Assembly: GCA_043820925.1 (NCBI GenBank)
Contig: JBDRDL010000075.1
Location: 1-15,471, forward strand
Source of the DNA: Methanobacteriota archaeon
Lineage (GTDB): Archaea; Hydrothermarchaeota; Hydrothermarchaeia; Hydrothermarchaeales; JACRDW01
Direction of reading: 5' to 3'
Length of the DNA: 15,471 nucleotides
Positions 1 to 9,238 of this stretch are shown here, piece after piece. The notes under the pieces were generated by a model. It was not told the DNA's origin and made no database searches. It saw only the letters and a list, made by a program, of their open reading frames with translations. Made by a program: the position numbers and the translations under genes. The number at the start of each line of letters is the position of its first letter. Within the stretch, counting starts at the first letter, position 1.

Positions 1-470
1 TCTTTAATTTCTGGATTTGTAACGTCCAATGTCAGGGCAATCTCTTTCTGGTACTCACCTTCGGTGCCTGTGTAGCGCACATAAGTTTTTATCTCGATTA
101 TATTCAGCTTCGTGAGCTTCTCCACGGTCGGAGCATTCCCGGTTGCATGAATTCGTATCTCTTTCACTCCTTCCTTTGGAAGGGCTACCTCGATTGCTTT
201 CTCGTTTGCAAAGGTTTTTTCTGCGCCATCGATGGTGACCCTGACCCAAGGATTAACCATGTTTATGGTTATATTGAGTTTGCTCTCCTCAGGGAGAATC
301 TCGCTGACTCTCTTCAGCGTTATGTCTGCGGCTATCGGCTCTCCTGATTTAACGGTCTCCTTTGGATTTATTGCAGAGCCGTCCTTCGGAACTGCGAGGT
401 AGTCTGGTGATGCGGCACTAACCACCGCAACGCATATCAGTGCAAGGGCGATATACAAAATTTTATTCAT
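1..470 (-). CDS. Secreted/cell-surface hypothetical protein, 3' end runs off the window
   Basis: Own translation from ATG at 470: MNKILYIALALICVAVVSAASPDYLAVPKDGSAINPKETVKSGEPIAADITLKRVSEILPEESKLNITINMVNPWVRVTIDG..., open to position 1. Typical Sec signal peptide (K, hydrophobic core, VSA|A). SD GGAGGT just upstream. Absent from the ORF track because it has no stop in the window. Confidence 0.85.
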   Translation of the reverse strand, partial: MNKILYIALALICVAVVSAASPDYLAVPKDGSAINPKETVKSGEPIAADITLKRVSEILPEESKLNITINMVNPWVRVTIDGAEKTFANEKAIEVALPKEGVKEIRIHATGNAPTVEKLTKLNIIEIKTYVRYTGTEGEYQKEIALTLDVTNPEIK

Positions 471-480
471 TTTCTACCTC

Positions 481-1485
481 CTAGAACAGCGGCTTTATAT
501 CTCCCAGCAGCTCATCTAGCTCAGATGACGCTTTTTCCTCCTGATGCTCTACTTTAAGCACTTTTTCCACGTTGCTTAAACCTGAAATTATCAAACCAAT
601 ATTTAAATATTTAGAGCTCGGGTCGTCCTTAAATATGTACTCCACATCCATGCCGAATTTCTCCTCGGCCCATTTCTTTGCAAAGCTCTGCCCATAAATG
701 TTTTGTACTGCCCCATAGGCAGCGAAATACAGATTTTCAATTTTGTCTGCATTGAAATAAACATAATTCCTGAACATCTTGTCCAGTATATCTTTTATCG
801 ATATTCGCTCTGGCTTGATGCGCATGAATCCTATTGTAGATACTCTGCCCTTGGTTATTCTCGTCAAATCTCCTGGCTCAACTATGCTCAGAACATTAAA
901 TATTGCCTCATCGATTATCTTATAGCTCTTTGAAATAGATTCTCCTCTGCTTGTCAGAACATTGCTGTCCAGTACAATTGCTCCGTCGATGGATTTAACC
1001 ACGCTATCAAAATTTTTATACGCATTCTTCATGTAAAGCACTCCCTCGCCGCGAGGAGGGAATATGAGTATTCCAACCAGTGGTACTTCATAAGTTTTTT
1101 TTATTTTATCAGCAAGTACAGCGAAACCGCCTGTTCCTGTTCCGCCCCCCAAACCTGCAACTATGAAAAAAGCTTCTGGCTTTTCCTGATTTGCACGTCT
1201 TACGACGCTCATCGCAAGCTCAAGCTCCTCGTTCATTATTTTTATTCCGAGCTCCACATCGCCTCCCGTACCGTGACCTTTAGCCCTGCTGCTTCCTATT
1301 AAAATCCTGTTGGCAGCTGGCATATTCAGCGCACGAAGGCTGTCCGAAGTGTCGATTGCAACCCCTGCCGCATAGCCTTCTTCTTTGGAGTATATTTTGC
1401 TGAGTAAACTGCTTATCAAATCTTTTCTGTAAAAAGACTCTACTACTTTGCATCCGGCTCCGCCCACTCCAACCAAGGACAGCAT
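481..1485 (-). CDS. Divergent tubulin/FtsZ-superfamily (CetZ-like) protein
   Basis: N-terminal GVGGAG, GHGTGGD and the signature GLGGGTGTGG. C-terminal half is diverged and has no recognisable T7 loop. Confidence 0.88.
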   Translation of the reverse strand: MLSLVGVGGAGCKVVESFYRKDLISSLLSKIYSKEEGYAAGVAIDTSDSLRALNMPAANRILIGSSRAKGHGTGGDVELGIKIMNEELELAMSVVRRANQEKPEAFFIVAGLGGGTGTGGFAVLADKIKKTYEVPLVGILIFPPRGEGVLYMKNAYKNFDSVVKSIDGAIVLDSNVLTSRGESISKSYKIIDEAIFNVLSIVEPGDLTRITKGRVSTIGFMRIKPERISIKDILDKMFRNYVYFNADKIENLYFAAYGAVQNIYGQSFAKKWAEEKFGMDVEYIFKDDPSSKYLNIGLIISGLSNVEKVLKVEHQEEKASSELDELLGDIKPLF

Positions 1486-1494
1486 CTCTGCACC

Positions 1495-2637
1495 CTACTC
1501 TATACCTTCTATGCCCCCGAGCAGTTTGTCTAAGTCCTTCTCTCGCCTCGGCTCTACTCCGATTTTCTCCTGAACAACCTTGGCTCTCTCCAGCATCGTT
1601 TTAATTCTGGGGGCATTGGCTATTCCTGCTAGAAGGGCAACGCAGCCGACATAGTTGCTCTTCGGCAGCGGGTAATCCCCTCCTCGAACCTCTGTTCCTG
1701 CAATGGTATCTTCCAGCCACTCCCTAGCCTTCTCTATTCCCTTCCTGTCCAGCTCCTCGGGCGGACCTGCCATTATAATGAGCGCTTTATTCGCAGAAGT
1801 GTAGTCGCACGGCAGGAATAAATTCTCTTTCACAGCATGCTTGACGACTGAGAGTATTCTCGAAGCCTTGCCGAGCTCGTAGCCTTTCTTTTTGAAAACT
1901 TTGGAGAATAGATCCTTGCCCTTTATTTCCTCAGAAGCGTAGCCTATGCTGCATATAGCTCCGCCCTGCAGAGTGTTGATTATTTCAGAAGCATCCACGA
2001 CCTTTTCCCCAACTTGTGACCTCGACCTTGCCTCTCCAGCCCTGCATAGTATTCCAATTCTCTTCACTACCGAGTTGTTTATCCTATCGTATGCTTCCTT
2101 CACGCTTTCTCCGGACTTCAAAAATGCTCCATTGTCTACCAATATCGTGGCGTCGCAGTTCGGCAGCAGAGCTTTTAAACTGCGGGCTGCATTCAGAGTA
2201 TAGATATCTGCTTCGTTATCAGCAGGCAGTATGCCTATTGCATATACCGGCTCGTCGTATATTCTCTTCAAATGCCTTGCTACAATAGGTATAGTCCCGC
2301 TTCCGGTTCCCCCTCCAAGACCAGCGACCAAAAAGAATGCGTCCAAGTTGCTCACGCCCGACTTTGAAATTCGATTCAGAATTATCTCAATGTCATCCTC
2401 TGCTATCTGCGCAGCTTTCTTGTTATCAGCTCCAACGCCGTGCCCTTTGACTAAGGTTTCGCCTATTAGTATCCTGTCCTCCTTCGGGATGTACCCTAAC
2501 CCCGTTAAATCTGATACTGCCGTATTTATTGCTATCGCCTCAAAAGTGTGCGGAGCATGGCTCTTCCTGTCGTCCATTAAAAACTGGTCAGCGATTTTTC
2601 CGCCAGCCTGACCGATACCTACGATCAACACTTTCAT
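1495..2637 (-). CDS. cetZ: CetZ tubulin-like cell-shape protein
   Basis: MKVLIVGIGQAGGKIAD, GHGVGAD, GLGGGTGSG, CetZ-type T7 region VVDASEIINTL, and EVRGGDYP. ATG at 2637 preceded by GGAGGAG. Confidence 0.93.
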   Translation of the reverse strand: MKVLIVGIGQAGGKIADQFLMDDRKSHAPHTFEAIAINTAVSDLTGLGYIPKEDRILIGETLVKGHGVGADNKKAAQIAEDDIEIILNRISKSGVSNLDAFFLVAGLGGGTGSGTIPIVARHLKRIYDEPVYAIGILPADNEADIYTLNAARSLKALLPNCDATILVDNGAFLKSGESVKEAYDRINNSVVKRIGILCRAGEARSRSQVGEKVVDASEIINTLQGGAICSIGYASEEIKGKDLFSKVFKKKGYELGKASRILSVVKHAVKENLFLPCDYTSANKALIIMAGPPEELDRKGIEKAREWLEDTIAGTEVRGGDYPLPKSNYVGCVALLAGIANAPRIKTMLERAKVVQEKIGVEPRREKDLDKLLGGIEGIE

Positions 2638-2674
2638 TTTTTTCTCCTCCACAGTTTCGCAAATTGTAATTATA

Positions 2675-2700
2675 TTCTCGCTTATATATACCTTTTTACC
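2675..2700. promoter_or_regulatory. Probable bidirectional archaeal promoter (TATA/BRE) between cetZ and yjbQ
   Basis: CTTATATATA at 2681-2690. On the minus strand it reads TAAAAAGG-TATATATAAG (BRE-like + TATA). On the plus strand it lies about 25 nt before the yjbQ ATG. Confidence 0.55.
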
Positions 2701-2711
2701 TCCTGAAATAA

Positions 2712-3080
2712 ATGAAAGTATTTACGAAGAGCATTGATGTAAAAGCCAAGGCAGAAAGCCTGCTGGATATAACTTCGCAGACGAGCGAAGTGGTGAGAGA
2801 ATCAGGAGTTAGCAGCGGAATTGTAACGATTTTTGTTCCAGGCGCAACCGGTGCTGTTAGTGCCATAGAATATGAGCCCGGACTGCTGAAAGATATTCCA
2901 AGGGCACTCGAGAGAATTGCACCCTCGAACGAAGATTACGAGCACCACAAAACGTGGGGAGATGATAACGGAAAAAGCCATGTGCGGGCGACGCTTATTG
3001 GTCCGAGCTTGGTCGTTCCGCTCAAGGATAAACAATTAATGCTCGGACGCTGGCAGCAAGTCGTATTCATGAATTTATAG
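2712..3080 (+). CDS. yjbQ: YjbQ/UPF0047 family protein (secondary thiamine-phosphate synthase-like), C-terminally truncated
   Basis: Motifs GATGA..EYEPGL..D, YEHH.TWGDDNGKSHVRA and LGRWQQVVF. It ends earlier than typical family members (see findings). Confidence 0.88.
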   Translation: MKVFTKSIDVKAKAESLLDITSQTSEVVRESGVSSGIVTIFVPGATGAVSAIEYEPGLLKDIPRALERIAPSNEDYEHHKTWGDDNGKSHVRATLIGPSLVVPLKDKQLMLGRWQQVVFMNL

Positions 3081-3089
3081 GGGAATAGC

Positions 3090-4112
3090 TTAGAGCCTCT
3101 CTAAACTCAGGGTTACCAGCTTAACAGCGTTTTCGATGTCCTTCAGGCTGGCGACTTCGACCGGGCTGTGAATGTATCTCGTAGGTATTGAGACCACTCC
3201 TGAAGGGATACCTTCCCTGGTCAGATGTATTGCACTTGCGTCCGTTGTGCCCCCTTCTCCAACTTCCAGCTGGTAGGGTATCTTGTATTTTTCAGCGGTG
3301 CGGATGAGCAGATTTTTAACAGTTGGATGGGTTATTAAACCCCTGCCGCTCGCATCCGCTATTGTAATCACTGGTCCGCTTCCAACCTTCAGGTGCGACT
3401 CCTCCTCCTTTACTCCCGGGAAGTCTCCAGCGGGTGCTACGTCCAGTGCGATAGCTATGTCTGGATTTATTTTAAATGCAGCGGTTTTAGCTCCCTTCAG
3501 CCCAACCTCTTCCTGAATCGTTCCGACCGCATATATGCTGTGCTTCGCCCTTACTTTTTTCATTACTTCTATGAGCGCGGCGCAGCCTAGCCTAGCGTCA
3601 AAAGCTTTTCCTGTTATAAGACCGTTCGGCAGCTCCTTAAAGCTCCTGTCAAAGGTGATGTAGTCTCCAACTTCAACGTCCAGCTTTTTAATGCCCTTCT
3701 CGTCCCTTGCCCCGACATCAATAAACATATCCTTGCATTCGATGACTTTCTTTCTCTCCTCTTCTTTCATCAGGTGCGGCGGTTTGGAGCCTATAATTCC
3801 GCAGATTCTGCCTTTTTTTGTGTGCACGACTACACGCTGGCTGAGAAGCGTCTGGTCGAAAAATCCACCCAAAGTAGCGAATCTTATAAAGCCGTTCTTG
3901 TCTATGTGCTTTACCATCAGTCCAATTTCGTCCATGTGCGCAGCAAGCATTATTTTCTTCTTTCCATTTCCTTTCTTCGCTATCAAATTTCCGAGGGCAT
4001 CTACCTCTACCTCGCAGTATTTTTCAAGCTCCTTTTTCATAATCTCTCTTACTTCATCTTCGTTGCCAGGCACGCCGTGCGCCTCTGACAATTTTTTTAA
4101 CAGCTCCTTCAT
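3090..4112 (-). CDS. M42 family aminopeptidase (TET/Frv-like)
   Basis: [34 protein letters not shown] and RYIHSP metal-binding motifs. ATG at 4112 (alternative TTG at 4118). Confidence 0.95.
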   Translation of the reverse strand: MKELLKKLSEAHGVPGNEDEVREIMKKELEKYCEVEVDALGNLIAKKGNGKKKIMLAAHMDEIGLMVKHIDKNGFIRFATLGGFFDQTLLSQRVVVHTKKGRICGIIGSKPPHLMKEEERKKVIECKDMFIDVGARDEKGIKKLDVEVGDYITFDRSFKELPNGLITGKAFDARLGCAALIEVMKKVRAKHSIYAVGTIQEEVGLKGAKTAAFKINPDIAIALDVAPAGDFPGVKEEESHLKVGSGPVITIADASGRGLITHPTVKNLLIRTAEKYKIPYQLEVGEGGTTDASAIHLTREGIPSGVVSIPTRYIHSPVEVASLKDIENAVKLVTLSLERL

Positions 4113-4290
4113 TTTCAATCCCTCGTCGAAAACTCACTACGTTCGTTTTCTCCTCGGTCTTGACCTACTATATCACTTGCTATCGCAAATGCAACTCGGG
4201 GTTTCGGCACGAGTCTCTCCACGTAGAAAATTTGCGAAGCAAATTTTCAGACGTGGAAAAGCGAAGTGCCGAGAACGTGTCTTGACCTAT
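4109..4290 (-). repeat. Modular palindromic intergenic element, locus 1
   Basis: Hairpin CCACGTAGAAAATTTGC-GAA-GCAAATTTTCAGACGTGG at 4219-4256. Blocks 4109-4131, 4147-4165, 4197-4210 and 4276-4287 recur as reverse complements in 8934-9238. Confidence 0.85.
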
Positions 4291-4314
4291 ACTTCTCTAC
4301 AGTCTTTTATTTGC

Positions 4315-4352
4315 TGCATATAAATATTGCTAAATAGAAAGGTTAATATTGT
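4315..4352. promoter_or_regulatory. Candidate divergent TATA boxes for the M42 gene (-) and uppS (+)
   Basis: ATATAAATA near 4318-4326 (TATTTATAT on minus). GAAAGGTTAATATT at 4337-4350, about 25 nt before the uppS ATG. Confidence 0.45.
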
Positions 4353-4373
4353 GAGGTCATAGAAATAAAATCG

Positions 4374-5147
4374 ATGATTATAGCTACGCTATTGAAACCG
4401 ATTTATAAAAGCTATGAGTGGATGCTTGAAAGGGAAGTCAAGAATGGCAGAAAGCCCGAGCACATAGCAATTATAATGGACGGCAACAGGAGAATGGCTG
4501 AGAGGTTGGGCTTAAAACCCTGGCAGGGGCACCGTATGGGAGCTGAAAAAATCGAAACAGTCTTAGACTGGTGCTTGGATTTGGATATAAAAACAGTAAC
4601 TGCCTATGCTTTTTCTACTGAAAATTTCAGACGCCCGGAGGAGGAGGTGGAGAAGCTCTTCGATTTGTTCGAGGAGTACTTCAACAAAGTTGCTGCCAAC
4701 GAGAAGATACACAGATATAAAGCGAGAGTCAGGGCAATTGGGAAGACAGAAAATTTTCCTGAGCGTGTTAAGAAAGCGATTAAAAATGCTGAAGAAGCAA
4801 CGAAAGACTACAATAACTTTCATTTAAATCTTGCAGTGGCTTATGGGGGAAGGCAGGAAATCCTGGATGCGGTTAAGAAGATCGCAAATGACGTGAGGGA
4901 GGGCAAGCTGGACATTAATGCTGTCGACGAAACTACTATAAGCAAAAATTTATACACCAACGGTTTGCCAGACCCGGATTTAATAATCCGCACCTCGGGA
5001 GAAGAGCGAATCTCAGGCTTTCTGCTCTGGCAGAGCGCATACTCAGAGCTCTACTTCTGCGAGAGCTACTGGCCAGGCTTCAGAAAAATCGACTTCCTTC
5101 GAGCGATACGAACCTTCCAGCTGAGAAAGAGAAGGTTCGGCAAATAA
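4374..5147 (+). CDS. uppS: cis-prenyltransferase (polyprenyl/undecaprenyl diphosphate synthase)
   Basis: [48 protein letters not shown] and C-terminal RRFGK. Confidence 0.97.
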   Translation: MIIATLLKPIYKSYEWMLEREVKNGRKPEHIAIIMDGNRRMAERLGLKPWQGHRMGAEKIETVLDWCLDLDIKTVTAYAFSTENFRRPEEEVEKLFDLFEEYFNKVAANEKIHRYKARVRAIGKTENFPERVKKAIKNAEEATKDYNNFHLNLAVAYGGRQEILDAVKKIANDVREGKLDINAVDETTISKNLYTNGLPDPDLIIRTSGEERISGFLLWQSAYSELYFCESYWPGFRKIDFLRAIRTFQLRKRRFGK

Positions 5148-5258
5148 CCCTTTTTCTTTAGAAAAGAAAAAGCAAGAAACGGTTCTCAAAGGCAGAGCCT
5201 TTGAACCAAAAAGAAACTATGATAGTCAACCTTTCAGAAGGTTGAGAAGGTTCGGCAA
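5129..5258. mobile_element. 100-bp hairpin-rich insertion flanked by a perfect 15-bp direct repeat (putative target-site duplication)
   Basis: GAGAAGGTTCGGCAA at 5129-5143 and 5244-5258. The interior has four stem-loops (5150-5172, 5186-5204, 5216-5226, 5227-5244). Confidence 0.7.
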
Positions 5259-5269
5259 GTGAGCTGCTT

Positions 5270-6022
5270 ATGAATGGGCAGAAAGTCATTGAAGGCAGGA
5301 ATCCGGTTTTGGAAGCTCTCCTTGCGAATCGCAAAATCTATAAGATTTTGATTGCGAGAGGGGCGGAGAGGAAAGAGGTAATCAGCGAGATTTTTCGAAT
5401 TGCGAGGCAGAGAGAGATAGAAATAAGCGAGGTGGACAGGAAGATTTTGGACAAAATATCGAAAGCCCATCAGGGAATGATTGCTTTTTCTGCTGAGAAA
5501 AAATATGCCAGCGTTGGTGATATTCTCAAGATTGCAGAGCAGAGAGGGGAAAAACCATTTATCGTCCTTCTCGATGGAGTAGAAGACCCTCAAAACTTGG
5601 GTGCAATATTGAGAACAGCGGAATGTGCAGGCGTGCATGGAGTTGTGATTCCAGAGAGAGGAGCCGTCGGTCTAACCCCCGGAGTTGCTAAGGCTTCTGC
5701 GGGAGCAATTGAGCATTTGCAAGTTGCAATTGCGAATCTTGCATCTACTATAGAAGCTCTCAAAAGAAAAGGGATATGGGTGGTCGGTGCTGACATGGAC
5801 GCTGAGCAGATTTACTATGAGGCAAACCTTAATAGACCAGTAGCTTTAGTGCTTGGCGGAGAGGACAGGGGTTTGAGCAGGCTGGTCAAGCAGAGGTGCG
5901 ACTTTCTGGTGAGAATACCGACAAAAGGAAAAATTAAAAGCCTAAACGTAAGCGTTAGCTTCGCTCTGCTCGCTTACGAAAAGCTCAGGCAAGAAAAAGT
6001 TTTTATGCGCTGCGAGAGATAG
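5270..6022 (+). CDS. rlmB: SPOUT/TrmH-family 23S rRNA (guanosine-2'-O)-methyltransferase, RlmB-like
   Basis: N-terminal IEGRNPVLEAL...HQG substrate-binding domain. SPOUT motifs DPQNLGAILRT, LVLGGEDRGL and IPTKGKIKSLNVSVS. Confidence 0.9.
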   Translation: MNGQKVIEGRNPVLEALLANRKIYKILIARGAERKEVISEIFRIARQREIEISEVDRKILDKISKAHQGMIAFSAEKKYASVGDILKIAEQRGEKPFIVLLDGVEDPQNLGAILRTAECAGVHGVVIPERGAVGLTPGVAKASAGAIEHLQVAIANLASTIEALKRKGIWVVGADMDAEQIYYEANLNRPVALVLGGEDRGLSRLVKQRCDFLVRIPTKGKIKSLNVSVSFALLAYEKLRQEKVFMRCER

Positions 6023-6030
6023 GGTATAAT

Positions 6031-6360
6031 ATGTTTCCAAAGATAAATCCCAGGCAGATGAAGAAGCTCATGAAGCAGATGGGGATGGAAATGGAGGAGC
6101 TGGAAGCCAAGGAAGTCGTAATCAAGCTGGCTGACAGTGAGATAATCATCGAAAATCCGAAGGTAAGCATCGTAACTGCGATGAATCAGAAGACCTACCA
6201 AATCACTGGAACAGAAAAAGTCGGTCAGAGCATTCCAGCAGAGGATATAAAGCTGGTTGCAGCACAGGCTAATGTCAGCGAGGAAGAAGCTCGAAAGGCT
6301 TTGGAGGAGGCAAAGGGAGACCTCGCCCAAGCTATTTTAAAATTGGGAGTGAAAGCATGA
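6031..6360 (+). CDS. nac: Archaeal nascent polypeptide-associated complex protein
   Basis: NPRQMKKLMKQMG N-terminus and UBA-like C-terminus EDIKLVAAQANVSEEEARKALEEAKGDLAQAIL. Confidence 0.95.
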   Translation: MFPKINPRQMKKLMKQMGMEMEELEAKEVVIKLADSEIIIENPKVSIVTAMNQKTYQITGTEKVGQSIPAEDIKLVAAQANVSEEEARKALEEAKGDLAQAILKLGVKA

Positions 6361-6803
6361 AGGTTCTAATGTGTACGGACGGCTCAAAATTTTCTGAGGA
6401 AGCCATGGAGTCTGGAGGATATCTGCTAAAGAACAGCGCTCCAGAAGCAACGATACTCAGAGTCGTTCCAGACTTTGAAAAAGAGTACAGAGAGTACAGC
6501 GAATATGTGGAGGTTTTCAGGGAGGAAATTCACAGGCTGAGAAAATTGGGGGTTCCGAAATCTGTGGCAGAATCTCTAGAGAGAGGGAAAGAAATTCTTG
6601 AAAAACTCGGAATAAAAGCCAAGACTAAGACCAGAAAAGGAAAAGCTGCCGAGGAGATTTTGAAAGAGGCGGAGGAAGGAAACTACAATCTGATAGTCCT
6701 TGCCTCATACGGACGTGGCATATCGAAGTTCATGCTCGGCAGTGTGTCAAGAGAAGTCGTGCACAGAGCCAATATACCTGTATTGGTTGTCAAAAGCAAA
6801 TAG
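6357..6803 (+). CDS. Universal stress protein (UspA family)
   Basis: KVLMCTDGSKFS, G.AAEEIL and LIVLASYGRG..FMLGSVSREVVHRANIPVLVV. ATGA overlap with nac. Confidence 0.93.
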   Translation: MKVLMCTDGSKFSEEAMESGGYLLKNSAPEATILRVVPDFEKEYREYSEYVEVFREEIHRLRKLGVPKSVAESLERGKEILEKLGIKAKTKTRKGKAAEEILKEAEEGNYNLIVLASYGRGISKFMLGSVSREVVHRANIPVLVVKSK

Positions 6804-6813
6804 GAGTAATCTT

Positions 6814-7200
6814 ATGGAGCTTAAAAAAATAAAGGCGAAGGACGTGATGATAAAGGAGCTGATAACGATAGGCAGCGGAGAGAAGATTGCCTTGGCAGAT
6901 TTAATAATGGCTAGGAGCGGCATCGGCAGTCTTCCGGTGGTTGATAAAGGAAAGCTGGTAGGAATAATAACCCAGCGCGATATAATGCTTGCAAGAAATT
7001 ACGAGATTGGAGTATTAATGACCAAGGATTTGATGAGCAAGAATTTGATTACCGTAGGTCCGGAAGCTTCTCTAAAAGAAATCTTGGGACTAATGCTGGG
7101 CAAAAAAATCGAGCGAATTCCGGTCGTCGAAAATGGAAAATTGGCAGGTCTAATAGTACACAACAGAGTGTTGAAGGCAATTTACGAGTCTATTGCGTGA
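6814..7200 (+). CDS. Tandem CBS-domain protein
   Basis: Two CBS repeats (SLPVVDKGKLVGIITQRD; RIPVVENGKLAGLI). ATG at 6814 after AGGAG. The longer ORF-track start overlaps usp. Confidence 0.92.
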   Translation: MELKKIKAKDVMIKELITIGSGEKIALADLIMARSGIGSLPVVDKGKLVGIITQRDIMLARNYEIGVLMTKDLMSKNLITVGPEASLKEILGLMLGKKIERIPVVENGKLAGLIVHNRVLKAIYESIA

Positions 7201-7237
7201 GCAAGACCGTGAGTCTGGCGCACTACCTTGCGGTATT
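7192..7237 (+). repeat. Short two-hairpin repeat, copy 1
   Basis: ATTGCGTGAGCAAGACCG (7192-7209) and CTACCTTGCGGTATT (7223-7237) are identical to 11338-11355 and 11369-11383. Confidence 0.88.
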
Positions 7238-7468
7238 TAAATTTCTTCTTGGGCTCCATAAGTTATGCTTTTCATTATAACTATGTCGCCGATAGATTTT
7301 ACCGCTTCATAGGGTAGTACTACTCCCTTTCCGCTGCCCTCGACTCCCATCCTTCTCAAAAATTCGTCATCGACTTTAGACAGTACGACTCCCAAAACTT
7401 TTCCTGTCTCTGGGTCTATCGAAAAATCCTCCACAATACCTACGTGCTTGCCGCCCTCTGTGAATACT

Positions 7469-9234
<1,766 letters not shown>

Positions 9235-9238
<4 letters not shown>

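Noticed and set aside
468..481. Identical 14-mer CATTTTCTACCTCC at 468-481 and 7501-7514
   Set aside because: It is SD (GGAGGT) + A-rich spacer + ATG on the minus strand; convergence on a strong RBS is sufficient.
1495..2637. Calling the tubulin homologues FtsZ1/FtsZ2 or plasmid TubZ
   Set aside because: They lack the FtsZ N-terminal extension and NxDFAD T7 motif, VVDASEIINTL is CetZ-type, and the context is chromosomal with no TubR or centromere-like repeats.
3691..4323. 210-aa plus-strand ORF and other long antisense ORFs (e.g. 2231-2611, 5234-5638, 8174-8593, 9267-9776, 13140-13535)
   Set aside because: Shadow frames opposite well-supported genes, with Ser/Phe/Ile-rich composition and no family motifs.
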